Notes: generated from the sequence alone by a model not told the origin. A stretch of 64,000 bases of DNA from an uncultured Eubacteriales bacterium (GCA_900322215.1 ONYW01000001.1:30-64029), one strand, 5' to 3'. Numbered from the stretch's first letter, positions 44,521-54,648 are shown. A program made the numbers and translations.

Positions 44521-47500
44521 TTATTTTTTTGTTGTGAGTTTAACGCCCTTTTCCCCTACTATAAGTTGGAGTTTATGCAACAACTCGTCGTTCACGTCGA
44601 CCTTGTAGGGGAATTGCATGAGTTTGTATTCATCGCCGACTCTGACTTGTGCGCGGACAGGAGTCACGCCCGGGTGAATTTGAAGCACGCCTGTGACGAG
44701 TTCTTTCTCGCTGTTGTCGCGGAGGAGTACGTAGAGGACGCTGCTCGGAGCGGATTTTGCCTCCTCCGCCCTTTGGTTCTTCCAGGGTTCGACCTTGTCT
44801 ATCGTGACCTTTGGTTCGCTCTCGTCTTTTAAGTCAATGCGCCCCGTGAGTTTTATCGGTTCTTCGCCCTCCAAAAACGCGCCGTATCTCTCGTAGACTT
44901 TCGGGAACATGGAAAACGCAACGGAGCCCATCTTGTCCTCCACTCTACCGACAGCGAATTTGAGTTGTTTCGCCGTCGTCTTCTTTTCAAACGACGATAC
45001 GATGCAACCGAATTTCACTTGCTTGCCGTCGAGTGCTTTGTCCGCGACCATGACGGTCTCGCCGTCCTCGTTTTGTTCCTCGACGAGGAGTTGGCTCGTG
45101 TCAAAGTTGAACTCCTTGCTCCAGTCGTCGTAGTCGTCGAGCGGGTGACCGGAGATATACATTCCAAGCACTTCGCGCTCGAAGGACAGGCGTTGCGCCT
45201 TGTCGTACTCCCTCACCTCGCTATACTGGATTTCGTCGTCCTCGATGAGTTCGTCAAAGAGGGAGACTTGACCTGTGAGTTTGCTCTTTTTGTCGTTCAG
45301 GACCGTGTCCATAATGCGCTCGTATGACGCCATAAGCGTTGCTCTGCCCTTGCCGAAAGAGTCCATCGCTCCGCCCTTTATGAGGCTTTCTATCATACGC
45401 TTGTTGATTTGCCCCGCGCATCTGTCCAAAAGGTCTCGAATATCTTTGAACGGGCCGTTTTTTGCACGCTCTTCAAGCAGGTATTCCATAGCCTGCTCGC
45501 CGACGTTCTTTATGCCCATGAGTCCGTAGCGGACGTTTTCGCCCTCGATGGAGAAATATTTCTTTGAGCGGTTGATGTCAGGCGGCAAAATCTTCACTCC
45601 CGTGCGCTTGAGATAGTTCATATAGTGCTTGACTTCGTCGGCGGAGGTGATACGGTTGTTGACGACTGCGACGATAAAGTGCGACGGATAGTAAAGTTTT
45701 AGATACGCGGTTTGATAGGTCAAATACGTGTACGCCGCCGCGTGGGATTTGTTGAACGCGTATGAGGCAAATTTCAAAATCTCGTCAAAGAGTTTGTTCG
45801 CGACCTTTTCGTCCACGCCGTTTGCGACCGCGCCCTCGACGACCTTGCCCGTCTTGTCTCCGTCAAGCACGCCGCCGTGGAGGAATATATCTCTCATTTT
45901 TTGCAGGACTTCGAGTTTTTTCTTTGCGATAGCACGGCGCATTATGTCCGCTCCGCCAAAGGAGAAGCCCGCGAGTTTTTGCGCTATTTGCATGACCTGC
46001 TCTTGGTAGACGATACAGCCGTAGGTATTGCCCAAAATCTCCTCCAAGCGCGGATCGTCGTATACGACTTGATCGGGGTGACGTTTGCCCTGCAAGAAGA
46101 GGTCGATAAACTGCATAGGTCCCGGGCGGTACATGGAGATGCCTGCGGTGACGTCTTCAAAGTTCTCGGGTTGCAGTTGCGCCATAAACTTTTTCATACC
46201 GCCGCTTTCAAGTTGGAACACGGCCTCGCAGTCGCCCGAGCCGATAAGTTTGTAGACCTCGGGGTTGTCATAGCCGAGTTCGTGGAAGTCGAGCGTTATG
46301 CCCTTGTCTTCCTTTATGAGTTTCAAAGCCTCGTCGATGTCCGTCAAGGTTTTGAGCCCCAAAAAGTCCATTTTTAGAAGACCGAGTTCTTCGACTATCG
46401 CCTTGTCAAACTGCGTCGTAATGACAGGACCGTTTCTTGAAAGAGCGCAATGTTCGACGACGGGATCCGCGCAAATAACGACGCCCGCCGCGTGCATCGA
46501 GGTCTGCCTCGGCATACCCTCGAGTTGCATGGCGATGTCGATGCAGTTCTTTGCCGCCTCGTTCGTCTCGTAAATCTTTTTGAAATCAGGGCTGTAGAGT
46601 TCGCTCCCCTCGATGAGCAGTTGCGGGAGCAACACTTTGCCGACGGGGATCTCCTTGACCCAGTTGTTCGCTTCGTTGTACGGAACATCGAGCACGCGCG
46701 CGACGTCTTTGACGACCGCCTTTGCGCTCATCGTGGAGTATGCGATGATTTGAGAAACGTTGTCTTTGCCGTACTTTTTGATGCAATAGTCGATGACTTC
46801 CTGCCTTCTTACAAAGCAGAAGTCGATATCGAAGTCAGGCATAGACACGCGCTCTTCCGACAAAAATCTTTCAAAGAGAAGATTGTATTTGAGCGGATCG
46901 ATGTCCGTGATACCGATAGAAAACGCGACGATACTGCCACAACCGCTTCCGCGTCCGGGGCCTACCGGTATGCCCATTTGTTGCGCCGCGTGCACGTAGT
47001 CCCAAACAATGAGGAAGTAGCCGTCGAATCCGCATTTGTGAATGACGCCGAGTTCGTATTCGAGCCTCGTCTTGATCTCTTCGGTTATGACCTTGTATTT
47101 TTTTGTGATGTTCTTTTCCGCAAGATAGCGAAGATACCCTGCCTCGTCGAGTCCGAGACTCTCCATCTCTTCGCAGGTGTATTTCGGAATGATAGAGGCG
47201 TGCTTTGTGATGAAATAGTCGCCGTCCACCTTGTCCGCGATTTCCTTTGTCGAAGCGATAGCCTCGGGGCACCAGGAGAAGAGTTCTTCCATCTCCTCCC
47301 CGCTCTTGAGATAGAACTCGTCATTCGTAAAGCGCGCGGGATTCATCTCGCTCTTTTTGCAACCGAGAGTTATGCACATCATCGTGTCTTGAAGATCCGC
47401 GTCCTCTTTTTCTATGTAGTGAACGTCGTTTGTCGCGACGACTTTGACGCCTATCTCCTTTGCAATTCTACAGAGCGGATTCATGACGATTTTGTCCTCG

Positions 47501-48087
47501 TCGAGGTGATGGTCTTGAAGTTCTATATAAAAGTCGCCGGGAGCAAACATATCGCGCATGCGAATTGCCAGCTCCTTTGCCTCGTTATACTTCCCCTGCA
47601 AAATGAGGTGCGGAATTTGCCCCGCAAGACATGCGGAGAGGCAAATAAGCCCTTCGCTATGTTGAGCAAGGACGTTGAGGTCAATCCTCGGTTTCATATA
47701 AAAACCGTCCACAAACGCCATAGAGGAGAGTTTCATTAGGTTTTTATAGCCCGTCATATTTTTGGCGAGAAGTATGAGGTGATAGCGCTGTTTGAGCACG
47801 TCGGGAGTCTTTGCATACATGTCGTCCGCGACGTAAAATTCCTCCCCGATGATAGGCTTTATTCCGTCCGCGCGAAGAGTGGACACAAACGTGTACACTC
47901 CGTACATATTGCCGTGGTCGGTGATGGCAACGGCGGACATACCGCGCGCCTTTAGAGCCTCGGAGAGAGGATGCAGTTTTTTCGTCTTGTTCGGATCTTT
48001 CGGATCTGGCACGACTTTAATAAGCCTCACCGCTCCGTCAAGCAAACTGTATTCCGTGTGTAAATGTAGATGTACAAAATCTGTCAT
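44521..48087 (-). CDS. dnaE: DNA polymerase III alpha subunit
   Basis: 1188 aa. N-terminal PHP domain (FVHLHLHTEYSLLDG), polymerase core and a C-terminal OB region. Confidence 0.95.
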   Translation of the reverse strand: MTDFVHLHLHTEYSLLDGAVRLIKVVPDPKDPNKTKKLHPLSEALKARGMSAVAITDHGNMYGVYTFVSTLRADGIKPIIGEEFYVADDMYAKTPDVLKQRYHLILLAKNMTGYKNLMKLSSMAFVDGFYMKPRIDLNVLAQHSEGLICLSACLAGQIPHLILQGKYNEAKELAIRMRDMFAPGDFYIELQDHHLDEDKIVMNPLCRIAKEIGVKVVATNDVHYIEKEDADLQDTMMCITLGCKKSEMNPARFTNDEFYLKSGEEMEELFSWCPEAIASTKEIADKVDGDYFITKHASIIPKYTCEEMESLGLDEAGYLRYLAEKNITKKYKVITEEIKTRLEYELGVIHKCGFDGYFLIVWDYVHAAQQMGIPVGPGRGSGCGSIVAFSIGITDIDPLKYNLLFERFLSEERVSMPDFDIDFCFVRRQEVIDYCIKKYGKDNVSQIIAYSTMSAKAVVKDVARVLDVPYNEANNWVKEIPVGKVLLPQLLIEGSELYSPDFKKIYETNEAAKNCIDIAMQLEGMPRQTSMHAAGVVICADPVVEHCALSRNGPVITTQFDKAIVEELGLLKMDFLGLKTLTDIDEALKLIKEDKGITLDFHELGYDNPEVYKLIGSGDCEAVFQLESGGMKKFMAQLQPENFEDVTAGISMYRPGPMQFIDLFLQGKRHPDQVVYDDPRLEEILGNTYGCIVYQEQVMQIAQKLAGFSFGGADIMRRAIAKKKLEVLQKMRDIFLHGGVLDGDKTGKVVEGAVANGVDEKVANKLFDEILKFASYAFNKSHAAAYTYLTYQTAYLKLYYPSHFIVAVVNNRITSADEVKHYMNYLKRTGVKILPPDINRSKKYFSIEGENVRYGLMGIKNVGEQAMEYLLEERAKNGPFKDIRDLLDRCAGQINKRMIESLIKGGAMDSFGKGRATLMASYERIMDTVLNDKKSKLTGQVSLFDELIEDDEIQYSEVREYDKAQRLSFEREVLGMYISGHPLDDYDDWSKEFNFDTSQLLVEEQNEDGETVMVADKALDGKQVKFGCIVSSFEKKTTAKQLKFAVGRVEDKMGSVAFSMFPKVYERYGAFLEGEEPIKLTGRIDLKDESEPKVTIDKVEPWKNQRAEEAKSAPSSVLYVLLRDNSEKELVTGVLQIHPGVTPVRAQVRVGDEYKLMQFPYKVDVNDELLHKLQLIVGEKGVKLTTKK

Positions 48088-48153
48088 ATTTGTTCCTATA
48101 TCGTTTGTATGCTAAAATTTTTGTGTGTTTGTATAAATTTTTCGCTTTTAGAA

Positions 48154-48273
48154 GGTGCGTGAGTGGGATGAGATGCGCGGCATCGCGCTTTGAATGACCA
48201 ACCCAGTGTACTCAAGCGTACACGGTTGGGCAGGCAAAGTTCGATAACAAAGCAGGTCGCCCACTCACACGCC
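48154..48273 (+). ncRNA. Structured intergenic element, copy E (subtype 2)
   Basis: ggugcgugagugg-GAUGAGAU-[GCGCG-gcau-CGCGC]-[CCAACC-CA-GUGUAC-ucaagc-GUACAC-GGUUGG]-...UCGAUAACAAAGCAGGUCGC-ccacucacacgcc. The 3' stem half contains the whiA stop codon and its last two sense codons. Confidence 0.55.
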
Positions 48274-49239
48274 TGAAAGTTCTTCGCTTATCTCCACCAA
48301 CTTCCTAAGTCTATGATTTAGCGCGCTCTTGCTTATGCCAAGCGCGTCCGCAAGGTCTTGAAGACTGCTCTCGGGGTTGTCCATACGCGCTTGCGCCGTC
48401 TCTTTGAGAATCGGGGTGAGAGCCTCAAAAAGCCCCGCGCCCATGATTTTGCCTATTGCGAGCAAGTGCTTGCTTGCGGCGGCGAAAGTCTTGTCCATAT
48501 TTGCCGTTTCGCAGATGATAGCGCGGTTGAGGCTGTTTGCAGTCTCGCGTTCGTTGATTATCATTTGGAGTTTCAACACGCTCTCGGTGAGTCCGAAGAT
48601 GGAGAGCAGTCTTGCGATCTCGTCCTTGTCTTTGAAGTAGACGAGCGTATGGTCTCCTCTCTCGCTCGTCTTTGCCTGCAAGCCGAAGAAGTCGAGAAGT
48701 GCGACCAAATCGTTTGCATAGTCCTCGTCGTCCAGTTGAAATTCGAGATGGTAGCCGTCGCGCTTCTCCTCATCCGCGGACATGGACGGCACGTACACGC
48801 TGCCCGTGCCCAAGAAGAGTCCTGCAAGAAACGCGCTCTTTTCCTCTTCCGTTTCAAGGAGTTCGTTCGGAGTGCCTTCGACAAAGCCGTTTAAGGCGTC
48901 GCCGTCCACCGTCATAAGGCGGAAGTCTACGAGTATCTGTTTTGAAAACCCGTATGGCACCTGGAGCGAACAAATTTGTTTGCCAGCCTTAGGTCCCGAT
49001 TTTGCGGTGGTGAGAGAGAGTTCAAACTCGGTCGGATAGAGCGACTTGAACGCCTCAACTATCTTCATACCTTCGTCAAAACTGTCGAGCGCAAGGCACA
49101 AATTCATACGCTTATTCACGATTTCAAGCGTGCCGACCGCCTTTGTGAGTCCCGCGAGAAAAGCCGTAAGTCGAGACTTGTCGCTTGGCAAATTTTCGGT
49201 TATTTCATATTGCACTTCATCCTTAAAAGTCTCGCTCAT
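48265..49239 (-). CDS. whiA: DNA-binding protein WhiA
   Basis: 324 aa. LAGLFLGTGS LAGLIDADG-like region and a C-terminal HTH (LQDLADALGISKSALNHRLRKL). Confidence 0.9.
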   Translation of the reverse strand: MSETFKDEVQYEITENLPSDKSRLTAFLAGLTKAVGTLEIVNKRMNLCLALDSFDEGMKIVEAFKSLYPTEFELSLTTAKSGPKAGKQICSLQVPYGFSKQILVDFRLMTVDGDALNGFVEGTPNELLETEEEKSAFLAGLFLGTGSVYVPSMSADEEKRDGYHLEFQLDDEDYANDLVALLDFFGLQAKTSERGDHTLVYFKDKDEIARLLSIFGLTESVLKLQMIINERETANSLNRAIICETANMDKTFAAASKHLLAIGKIMGAGLFEALTPILKETAQARMDNPESSLQDLADALGISKSALNHRLRKLVEISEELSGV

Positions 49240-49988
49240 CTATCCTTTCTCCAATTCGTTTTATCCTTAAACCTCGGAGGGTTTTCGGCGGTGCCGAACA
49301 CCCTGCCGGCAGGTATTTCGTTGTCTTTAACAAACTTCTCTATCTCGTCAAACCGTCCTATATCTCTCGCCCTGTGCGCGTCGCTTCCAACTATGAAGTT
49401 TACTCCCACTTCCAACGCGTCTTTGAGATACGGCAAAAAGGCGTCGAGGTGCTTTGCGTTGAGTTCTATATACGCGCCCGTCTCTTTTGCCTTTTCAAAA
49501 ATTTCTCTCGCTTCGACAGGCGCTTTGTGACCGAGGTGAGCGACAATATCTATCGGGTATTTGTCAAGCGCGTTCACATACGCCTGCGTGTTGACTTTGA
49601 CGAGTTTTTGCTTTGCTGATTTTCTCCCGAATCCGTTGACAAAAATAAATTTTGAAAACGCATATTTCGGTTTCAAAAACCTGTGAAAGCCGACCGTCAA
49701 CACGTCGAGTTTTCTTATATATTCGTCAGGCGTGTCGATAGTGCCGTCGGGGAGAATGATGTTGCTCTCTATCCCCTGCAACACTCGAACGCCGTGTTTT
49801 TCTTGCACGAACGCCTGTTGCTTTGCAAAATTTTTAGGAGTCATACCCGCAAAGACGCTCAAAAAGCCGTGGTCGGACGCGACGAACTCGCAAAGTCCCG
49901 CCTCTTTTGCCGCAAGCACGTTCTCCTCAAGCGTAGAGTGCCCGTCGCTTGCGCGCGTATGTGTGTGGTAGTCTCCGACAAATTTCAT
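49236..49988 (-). CDS. PHP-domain phosphoesterase (histidinol-phosphatase-like)
   Basis: 250 aa. GDYHTHT at the N-terminus and GSDAH near the C-terminus. Confidence 0.75.
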   Translation of the reverse strand: MKFVGDYHTHTRASDGHSTLEENVLAAKEAGLCEFVASDHGFLSVFAGMTPKNFAKQQAFVQEKHGVRVLQGIESNIILPDGTIDTPDEYIRKLDVLTVGFHRFLKPKYAFSKFIFVNGFGRKSAKQKLVKVNTQAYVNALDKYPIDIVAHLGHKAPVEAREIFEKAKETGAYIELNAKHLDAFLPYLKDALEVGVNFIVGSDAHRARDIGRFDEIEKFVKDNEIPAGRVFGTAENPPRFKDKTNWRKDR

Positions 49989-50902
49989 TTTACAAGAACA
50001 AACTCCCGTTCAAGTCGTATTCCGAATTTTTTCAACACTTCCCTCTCGCAAATTTCCACGAGCGAGAGAAAGTCGCTTGCGGTCGCCCCGCCTGTGTTTA
50101 CGATAAAGTTCGCGTGTTTTTCGCTGATTTTCGCTCCACCGACTCTGAGTCCTTTCAGTCCGCAAGCCTCTATAAGTTTGCCGCTCGGCACGGCACCGTT
50201 TTTGAAAACGCTCCCGCATGAATGCTCTCTCGGCTGTTTCGCCCGCCTTTGAGCCACGTATTCTCTCGCCTTTTCAAGCGACTGCGCGCCGTCCGCCTTG
50301 TCAAGTTTCAGCACTCCGCCGAGAATAGTCCCCCGCACGCCTTTGCGATAGGCAAAATCTATCTCGTCTCTTTTGAGCGTCCTCACTCTCTCTCGCGGTG
50401 CCTTCGCACGCGTGTCGCACTCGGGCGTCTTGCACGCACGCGAAGAAAAAATAAACGCGGACTGCACAAAATCTGCAATTTCCCTGCCGAATGCGGACGC
50501 GTTCATTTTGAGCGCACCGCCCAAAGTCAAAGGCACGCCGGCAAGATATTCGAGCCCTCCGAGGTCATATTGCCTCGCCTGCCTCGCAACGTCCGAGATC
50601 TTCGCCCCGCACTCCGCAAACACGAGTCCGTTTTCTATGCGTATCTTATTAAGCCGCTTGGTAGAAATTATTGGTCTATCCACCACGCCGTCCGCTACGA
50701 TGACGTTTGAACCGCCGCCGAGCAAAAACGCTTCTTCGCCCGCGTCGACAAAAATCCCGAGCAGGGCTTTGAACTCCACCATACTCTTCGGCTCGTACAC
50801 GCAATTCAGCGTCCCTCCGCCAAAGAAAGTCGTAACTTCGCTTGCTGTTCGCCTGCAAGGCGCAAACCCCGCCTCTTTTGTAATGTCCGATATTTCTCTC
50901 AC
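49985..50902 (-). CDS. murB: UDP-N-acetylenolpyruvoylglucosamine reductase
   Basis: 305 aa. FLLGGGSNV FAD-binding motif and SCGSVFKN motif. Confidence 0.9.
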   Translation of the reverse strand: MREISDITKEAGFAPCRRTASEVTTFFGGGTLNCVYEPKSMVEFKALLGIFVDAGEEAFLLGGGSNVIVADGVVDRPIISTKRLNKIRIENGLVFAECGAKISDVARQARQYDLGGLEYLAGVPLTLGGALKMNASAFGREIADFVQSAFIFSSRACKTPECDTRAKAPRERVRTLKRDEIDFAYRKGVRGTILGGVLKLDKADGAQSLEKAREYVAQRRAKQPREHSCGSVFKNGAVPSGKLIEACGLKGLRVGGAKISEKHANFIVNTGGATASDFLSLVEICEREVLKKFGIRLEREFVLVK

Positions 50903-50979
50903 ACGCCATTATATGCGTAGAGGGTTATAATTTATTGTATAACAATAATTATAGTTTTTCAAGTGCAAACACAAAACGA

Positions 50980-52788
50980 CTACTTACTTTTTTCTTTGAG
51001 CGCATCGAGCAGTCTTTCGGCAGACTCAACGGAGAAGCCGTCAAGGCGGGCGATCTCCTCTGGAGTCTTGTGTTTTATCTCCTCGACCGAACCGAAAGTT
51101 TTAAGTAGCAAAGCGGACTTTTTCGGTCCTATGCCGTCTATTTCTTTGAGTACGCTTTCGCTAAGGTGCTTGCTCCTGAGATTCCTATGGAAGGTGATGG
51201 CAAATCTGTGCGCCTCGTCCCTTATCCTTTGCAAAAGTTGCAAAGACACGTTGTCGTGAGGAATGATCACGGGCTTTTCGGGGTCGGAGCCGAGGTATAC
51301 TTCTTCATACCTCTCGGCAAGCGAGATGATCTCTATATCCTCTCTTCCCGTCTCGCGCTGAGCCTCTTTCGCATATCGAAGTTGCCCTTTTCCGCCGTCT
51401 ATGACGAGCAGGTCGGGAATCGAAGAAAAACTCTCGTCCTCGTCGTTGAGCCTGAGCAACCTGCGTGTAAGCACCTCTTTCATAGAGGCGAAGTCGTTGT
51501 TGCCCTCGACGGTCTTTATCTTGAATTTGCGGTAGTGCGCCTTTTTTGGCTCGCCGTTTTCAAAGACGACCATACTCGCGACCTTGTCAGTGCCCGAGAT
51601 ATGCGATATATCATAGCACTCCATACGAAGCGGCAAAGTCTTGAGATGCAAGATCTCCGCAAGTTGCCTGACCGCGCCCATAGTCCGAACTTCGTGGCGT
51701 TCGTCCTTCGAGCCGTGCTTTGTCATGGCGTCGAACGCGTTGGAGTGCGCGAGATCGAGAAGTTGACGTCTCACCCCCTGTTTCGGCTCTACGACGCGAA
51801 CCGTATGCGGGCAAAGTTTTGAGATTGCGGACTCGAGCGAAAGCATATCTTCAACGTTGTCCGTGACGACTTCGTCGCATAGCGGCGGGTTGTTGACGTA
51901 GTATTGCAAAATGTACGAGGATAAATCTTCGTCCGCAGCGTCCGCGGTAAAGTTCTCTCCGCCCACGAGTTTGCCTCCGCGCACGACGAGCATATTGACA
52001 GTCGACACGACGCCGTTCGTCTCAAACGCAAAGATGTCGAGGTTGAAGTCCTTCGGCAACGAACTCACCTGCTTTCTCACGAGTTTGTCGAGGACGGCAA
52101 GTTTGTTGCGGTAGTTAAGCGCGACTTCAAAATTCTCCTGCTCGGCAAAATATTGCATTCTCTCTTTGAGAATCCTCTCCACCTCTCTGTCGTTGCCTTT
52201 CAAAAACTCTATGACTTTTTGAATCTCTTCTTTATACTCCTCTTCCGTCACTTCGCGGTTGCAAGGAGCAAGGCATCTGCCGAGGTGCTTGTTGAGGCAA
52301 GGGCGAGAGGGTTTTGACATATCGCGCTTGCAGTCTCTCACCTTGAACGCCGTGTGAATAAGTTCAAAAATATCCTTGATATTCACGGACTGCATATAAG
52401 GGCCGAAATATTTCGCGCCGTCGTTTTTGAGTTTGCGAACGAGGTCGACCGTCGGATACGGCTGTTTCATATCTATACGCAAGAAGGGATACGCCTTGTC
52501 GTCTTTGAGGAGAATATTGTATCTCGGCTTATGCTTTTTTATGAGATTATTCTCCGTCATAAGCGCGTCGACTTCGCTCGCGCAAATGATATAGCGGAAG
52601 TCGTCGACGTGTTCAAGCATCGCCGCAACCTTTGCCGTGCGGTTTGCGAGGTTGATAAAATAGGAACGGAGCCTGTTTTTCAAATGCTTCGCCTTGCCGA
52701 CGTAAATAATTTCGCCGTCCTTGTCCAGCATAAGGTATACGCCGGGATTCATCGGCACGTCTTTCAGTTTTTCCTTAAAATCAACCAT
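50980..52788 (-). CDS. uvrC: Excinuclease ABC subunit C
   Basis: 602 aa. N-terminal GIY-YIG (GVYLMLDKDGEIIYVGKAK) and C-terminal HhH (IDGIGPKK). Confidence 0.95.
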   Translation of the reverse strand: MVDFKEKLKDVPMNPGVYLMLDKDGEIIYVGKAKHLKNRLRSYFINLANRTAKVAAMLEHVDDFRYIICASEVDALMTENNLIKKHKPRYNILLKDDKAYPFLRIDMKQPYPTVDLVRKLKNDGAKYFGPYMQSVNIKDIFELIHTAFKVRDCKRDMSKPSRPCLNKHLGRCLAPCNREVTEEEYKEEIQKVIEFLKGNDREVERILKERMQYFAEQENFEVALNYRNKLAVLDKLVRKQVSSLPKDFNLDIFAFETNGVVSTVNMLVVRGGKLVGGENFTADAADEDLSSYILQYYVNNPPLCDEVVTDNVEDMLSLESAISKLCPHTVRVVEPKQGVRRQLLDLAHSNAFDAMTKHGSKDERHEVRTMGAVRQLAEILHLKTLPLRMECYDISHISGTDKVASMVVFENGEPKKAHYRKFKIKTVEGNNDFASMKEVLTRRLLRLNDEDESFSSIPDLLVIDGGKGQLRYAKEAQRETGREDIEIISLAERYEEVYLGSDPEKPVIIPHDNVSLQLLQRIRDEAHRFAITFHRNLRSKHLSESVLKEIDGIGPKKSALLLKTFGSVEEIKHKTPEEIARLDGFSVESAERLLDALKEKSK

Positions 52789-52941
52789 ACGGCTATTATA
52801 ACCAACAGCCGAGTGAAAAGTAAATAAAAATTTTTAATTTACACAAATATTTTATATTTTGCGCACGTATATGCGAGACTACACAACGTCTCGTTATGCT
52901 CTATACCGCCGCGCTTGTTTCAAAGATTTGCGGACGCTCTA

Positions 52942-53151
52942 TTACAGCGTTTTGTTGCAAAAACAGTTAGAGTTTGTCGTCGTAGTGGAATTTGCGTCGT
53001 CCTCTTCTTCCTCGCTCTCGAGATTGTTTGTGAAAGTGAGTGCGAGGAGAATGTATATCATGACGTACGCCTCCCTCTCGCTCACCTCTCCGTCGCCGAA
53101 AAACGCAAGCATCACAAGCAGCAAAAAAAGATACCAGTTGTCCTCAAACAT
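52942..53151 (-). CDS. Possible 69-aa small protein (TM helix plus acidic and Ser/Thr/Asn-rich tail)
   Basis: The AUG at 53151 has a GGAGG RBS 5 nt upstream. MFEDNWYLFLLLVMLAFFGDG... It is divergent from the ArsR-family gene. Speculative. Confidence 0.3.
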   Translation of the reverse strand: MFEDNWYLFLLLVMLAFFGDGEVSEREAYVMIYILLALTFTNNLESEEEEDDANSTTTTNSNCFCNKTL

Positions 53152-53242
53152 ACCGCCTCCAAAAGACTTTTTTATACAATATGCGGCAAAGGTCGCCAAA
53201 GTGTCACAAACTTTTTGCAAAGACGTATGGTACTATGTACAT

Positions 53243-53575
53243 ATGGAAAATTTACTCGATGAACAAACAGAAGAAACTGTCGTAAAATATATCCCGAGAA
53301 ACGCAACTCTAAACGCCCTTGCGGAGTTTTTCTCCGCGTGTAGCGACGTAACGCGCGCAAAAATCATTTGCGCGCTCGCAATAAGCGAGATGTGCGTGGG
53401 AGATCTTAGTCGGATTCTCGGCATCAACCAAACGACCTGCTCTCATCAACTTCGCTTGCTCCGCGCCGCCGATATAGTAAAACAAAGGCGGGACGGCAAA
53501 ATCATCTTCTATTCTCTAAAAAACCGCAAAATCGAAAACGTCCTCCTCGCAGGAGTTGACTTCTTAAATTTGTAA
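53243..53575 (+). CDS. ArsR/SmtB-family metalloregulator
   Basis: 110 aa from the AUG at 53243. LAEFFSACSDVTRAKIICALA..EMCVGDLSRILGINQTTCSHQLRLL winged-HTH pattern. The 128-codon N-terminal extension in the ORF track is rejected. Confidence 0.8.
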   Translation: MENLLDEQTEETVVKYIPRNATLNALAEFFSACSDVTRAKIICALAISEMCVGDLSRILGINQTTCSHQLRLLRAADIVKQRRDGKIIFYSLKNRKIENVLLAGVDFLNL

Positions 53576-53622
53576 GTGGGAAAATGCAATTATTATAACA
53601 CCCGCCATATTTAGGTTGTTCA

Positions 53623-53853
53623 TCAGCCCAATAAACCGTCAAACGTTTCCCCGAAAATCTCGCAAAGGTGAGCGAGCATATCGAGGCTCGGCTCGGCGGT
53701 CTTCGTCTCCCATGCGCTGACCGTGCGCTGATCGACGCCGACGATGTCGGCAAGTTCCTTTTGCGAAAGCCCTTGATTCTTTCGTAGTTTGCGGAGGTTG
53801 TCGGCAAATTTTATCTCTATTTTCGTCCTGCTTGCAAGCATAATATTTTTCAT
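53623..53853 (-). CDS. XRE-family HTH transcriptional regulator
   Basis: 76 aa. LRKNQGLSQKELADIVGVDQRTVSAWE. Confidence 0.8.
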   Translation of the reverse strand: MKNIMLASRTKIEIKFADNLRKLRKNQGLSQKELADIVGVDQRTVSAWETKTAEPSLDMLAHLCEIFGETFDGLLG

Positions 53854-54548
53854 TTTTCGTCTTCCTTTTTGTCGGTTTCTTTGTCTTGCCCGTCCTGCTC
53901 TTCTCTTTTGACAGGCACGACGAAAGTGTCGAATTCCTCAAACGGGTTTTCGTCCTCGTCATAAGAATCCACGCGATTAGATGCCGTGTTTTCACCTTGT
54001 TCGTTGTCTCTAAGCACGCTCGTGACTTTCGGGAGTATACGCTCGTAGGCAAGGACTAAGACATAGTTTATCAGGCACAGCGCAGGCACGCCGACAACGA
54101 CAAACGCCCAAAACGGAATGTCTTCTAAGTTCTCATATCTTAGCACCACCGTGCCGACCGCATAGTACAAAAGCGCGAGCGCGCCGACGCAGTATGCGAT
54201 TTGAAGCGGAAGAGCCAAAAACCACTTGACGTTTTTGTTGACGAGTATGCCAAGCAGCAATGCCATCGGTCCGAAATATACGATATAGCCCGTAACGCTT
54301 GCGAGGTCTCCGACAAGCACGGAGAGCCCTGCGGATACCGCGTATGCAAAAAATGCCGACAAATAGTATTTTTTGTGTATCGGGATCATGATGACAAGCG
54401 CCGCCGCGGAAAAGAACGCGAGAGTACCGTATCTTGCAAGCACACTCAGCCATACGAGAAGCAGCGCGAGCGCGGTGCAAATGCCTGCGAGCGCAACCCT
54501 GTATATCGCCCCTTGACGGGATATTTTCTTTTTCGCTTTTTGTGTCAT
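53850..54548 (-). CDS. Multi-pass membrane protein with acidic C-terminal tail (unknown function)
   Basis: About 232 aa from the AUG at 54548, about 6 TM, translationally coupled to the XRE gene (4-nt overlap). Confidence 0.55.
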   Translation of the reverse strand: MTQKAKKKISRQGAIYRVALAGICTALALLLVWLSVLARYGTLAFFSAAALVIMIPIHKKYYLSAFFAYAVSAGLSVLVGDLASVTGYIVYFGPMALLLGILVNKNVKWFLALPLQIAYCVGALALLYYAVGTVVLRYENLEDIPFWAFVVVGVPALCLINYVLVLAYERILPKVTSVLRDNEQGENTASNRVDSYDEDENPFEEFDTFVVPVKREEQDGQDKETDKKEDEK

Positions 54549-54611
54549 ATACACTACTCTTTGCCAAGTCTTGACAAGTCAAGTCGACAACGTTTTCTAC
54601 TTTTTTCTACT

Positions 54612-54642
54612 AAACAAAACAAAAACCGACGCAAAGCGTCGG
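54612..54642 (-). terminator. Rho-independent terminator after the J-like protein gene
   Basis: Minus strand reads CCGACGC-uuu-GCGUCGG followed by UUUUUGUUUUGUUU. Confidence 0.7.
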
Positions 54643-54648
54643 AAATGC

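Noticed and set aside
52859-53242. 128-codon N-terminal extension of the ArsR-family ORF.
   Set aside because: The extension has no similarity to the family and starts at a non-AUG codon. The internal AUG at 53243 gives a canonical ~110-aa ArsR/SmtB protein.
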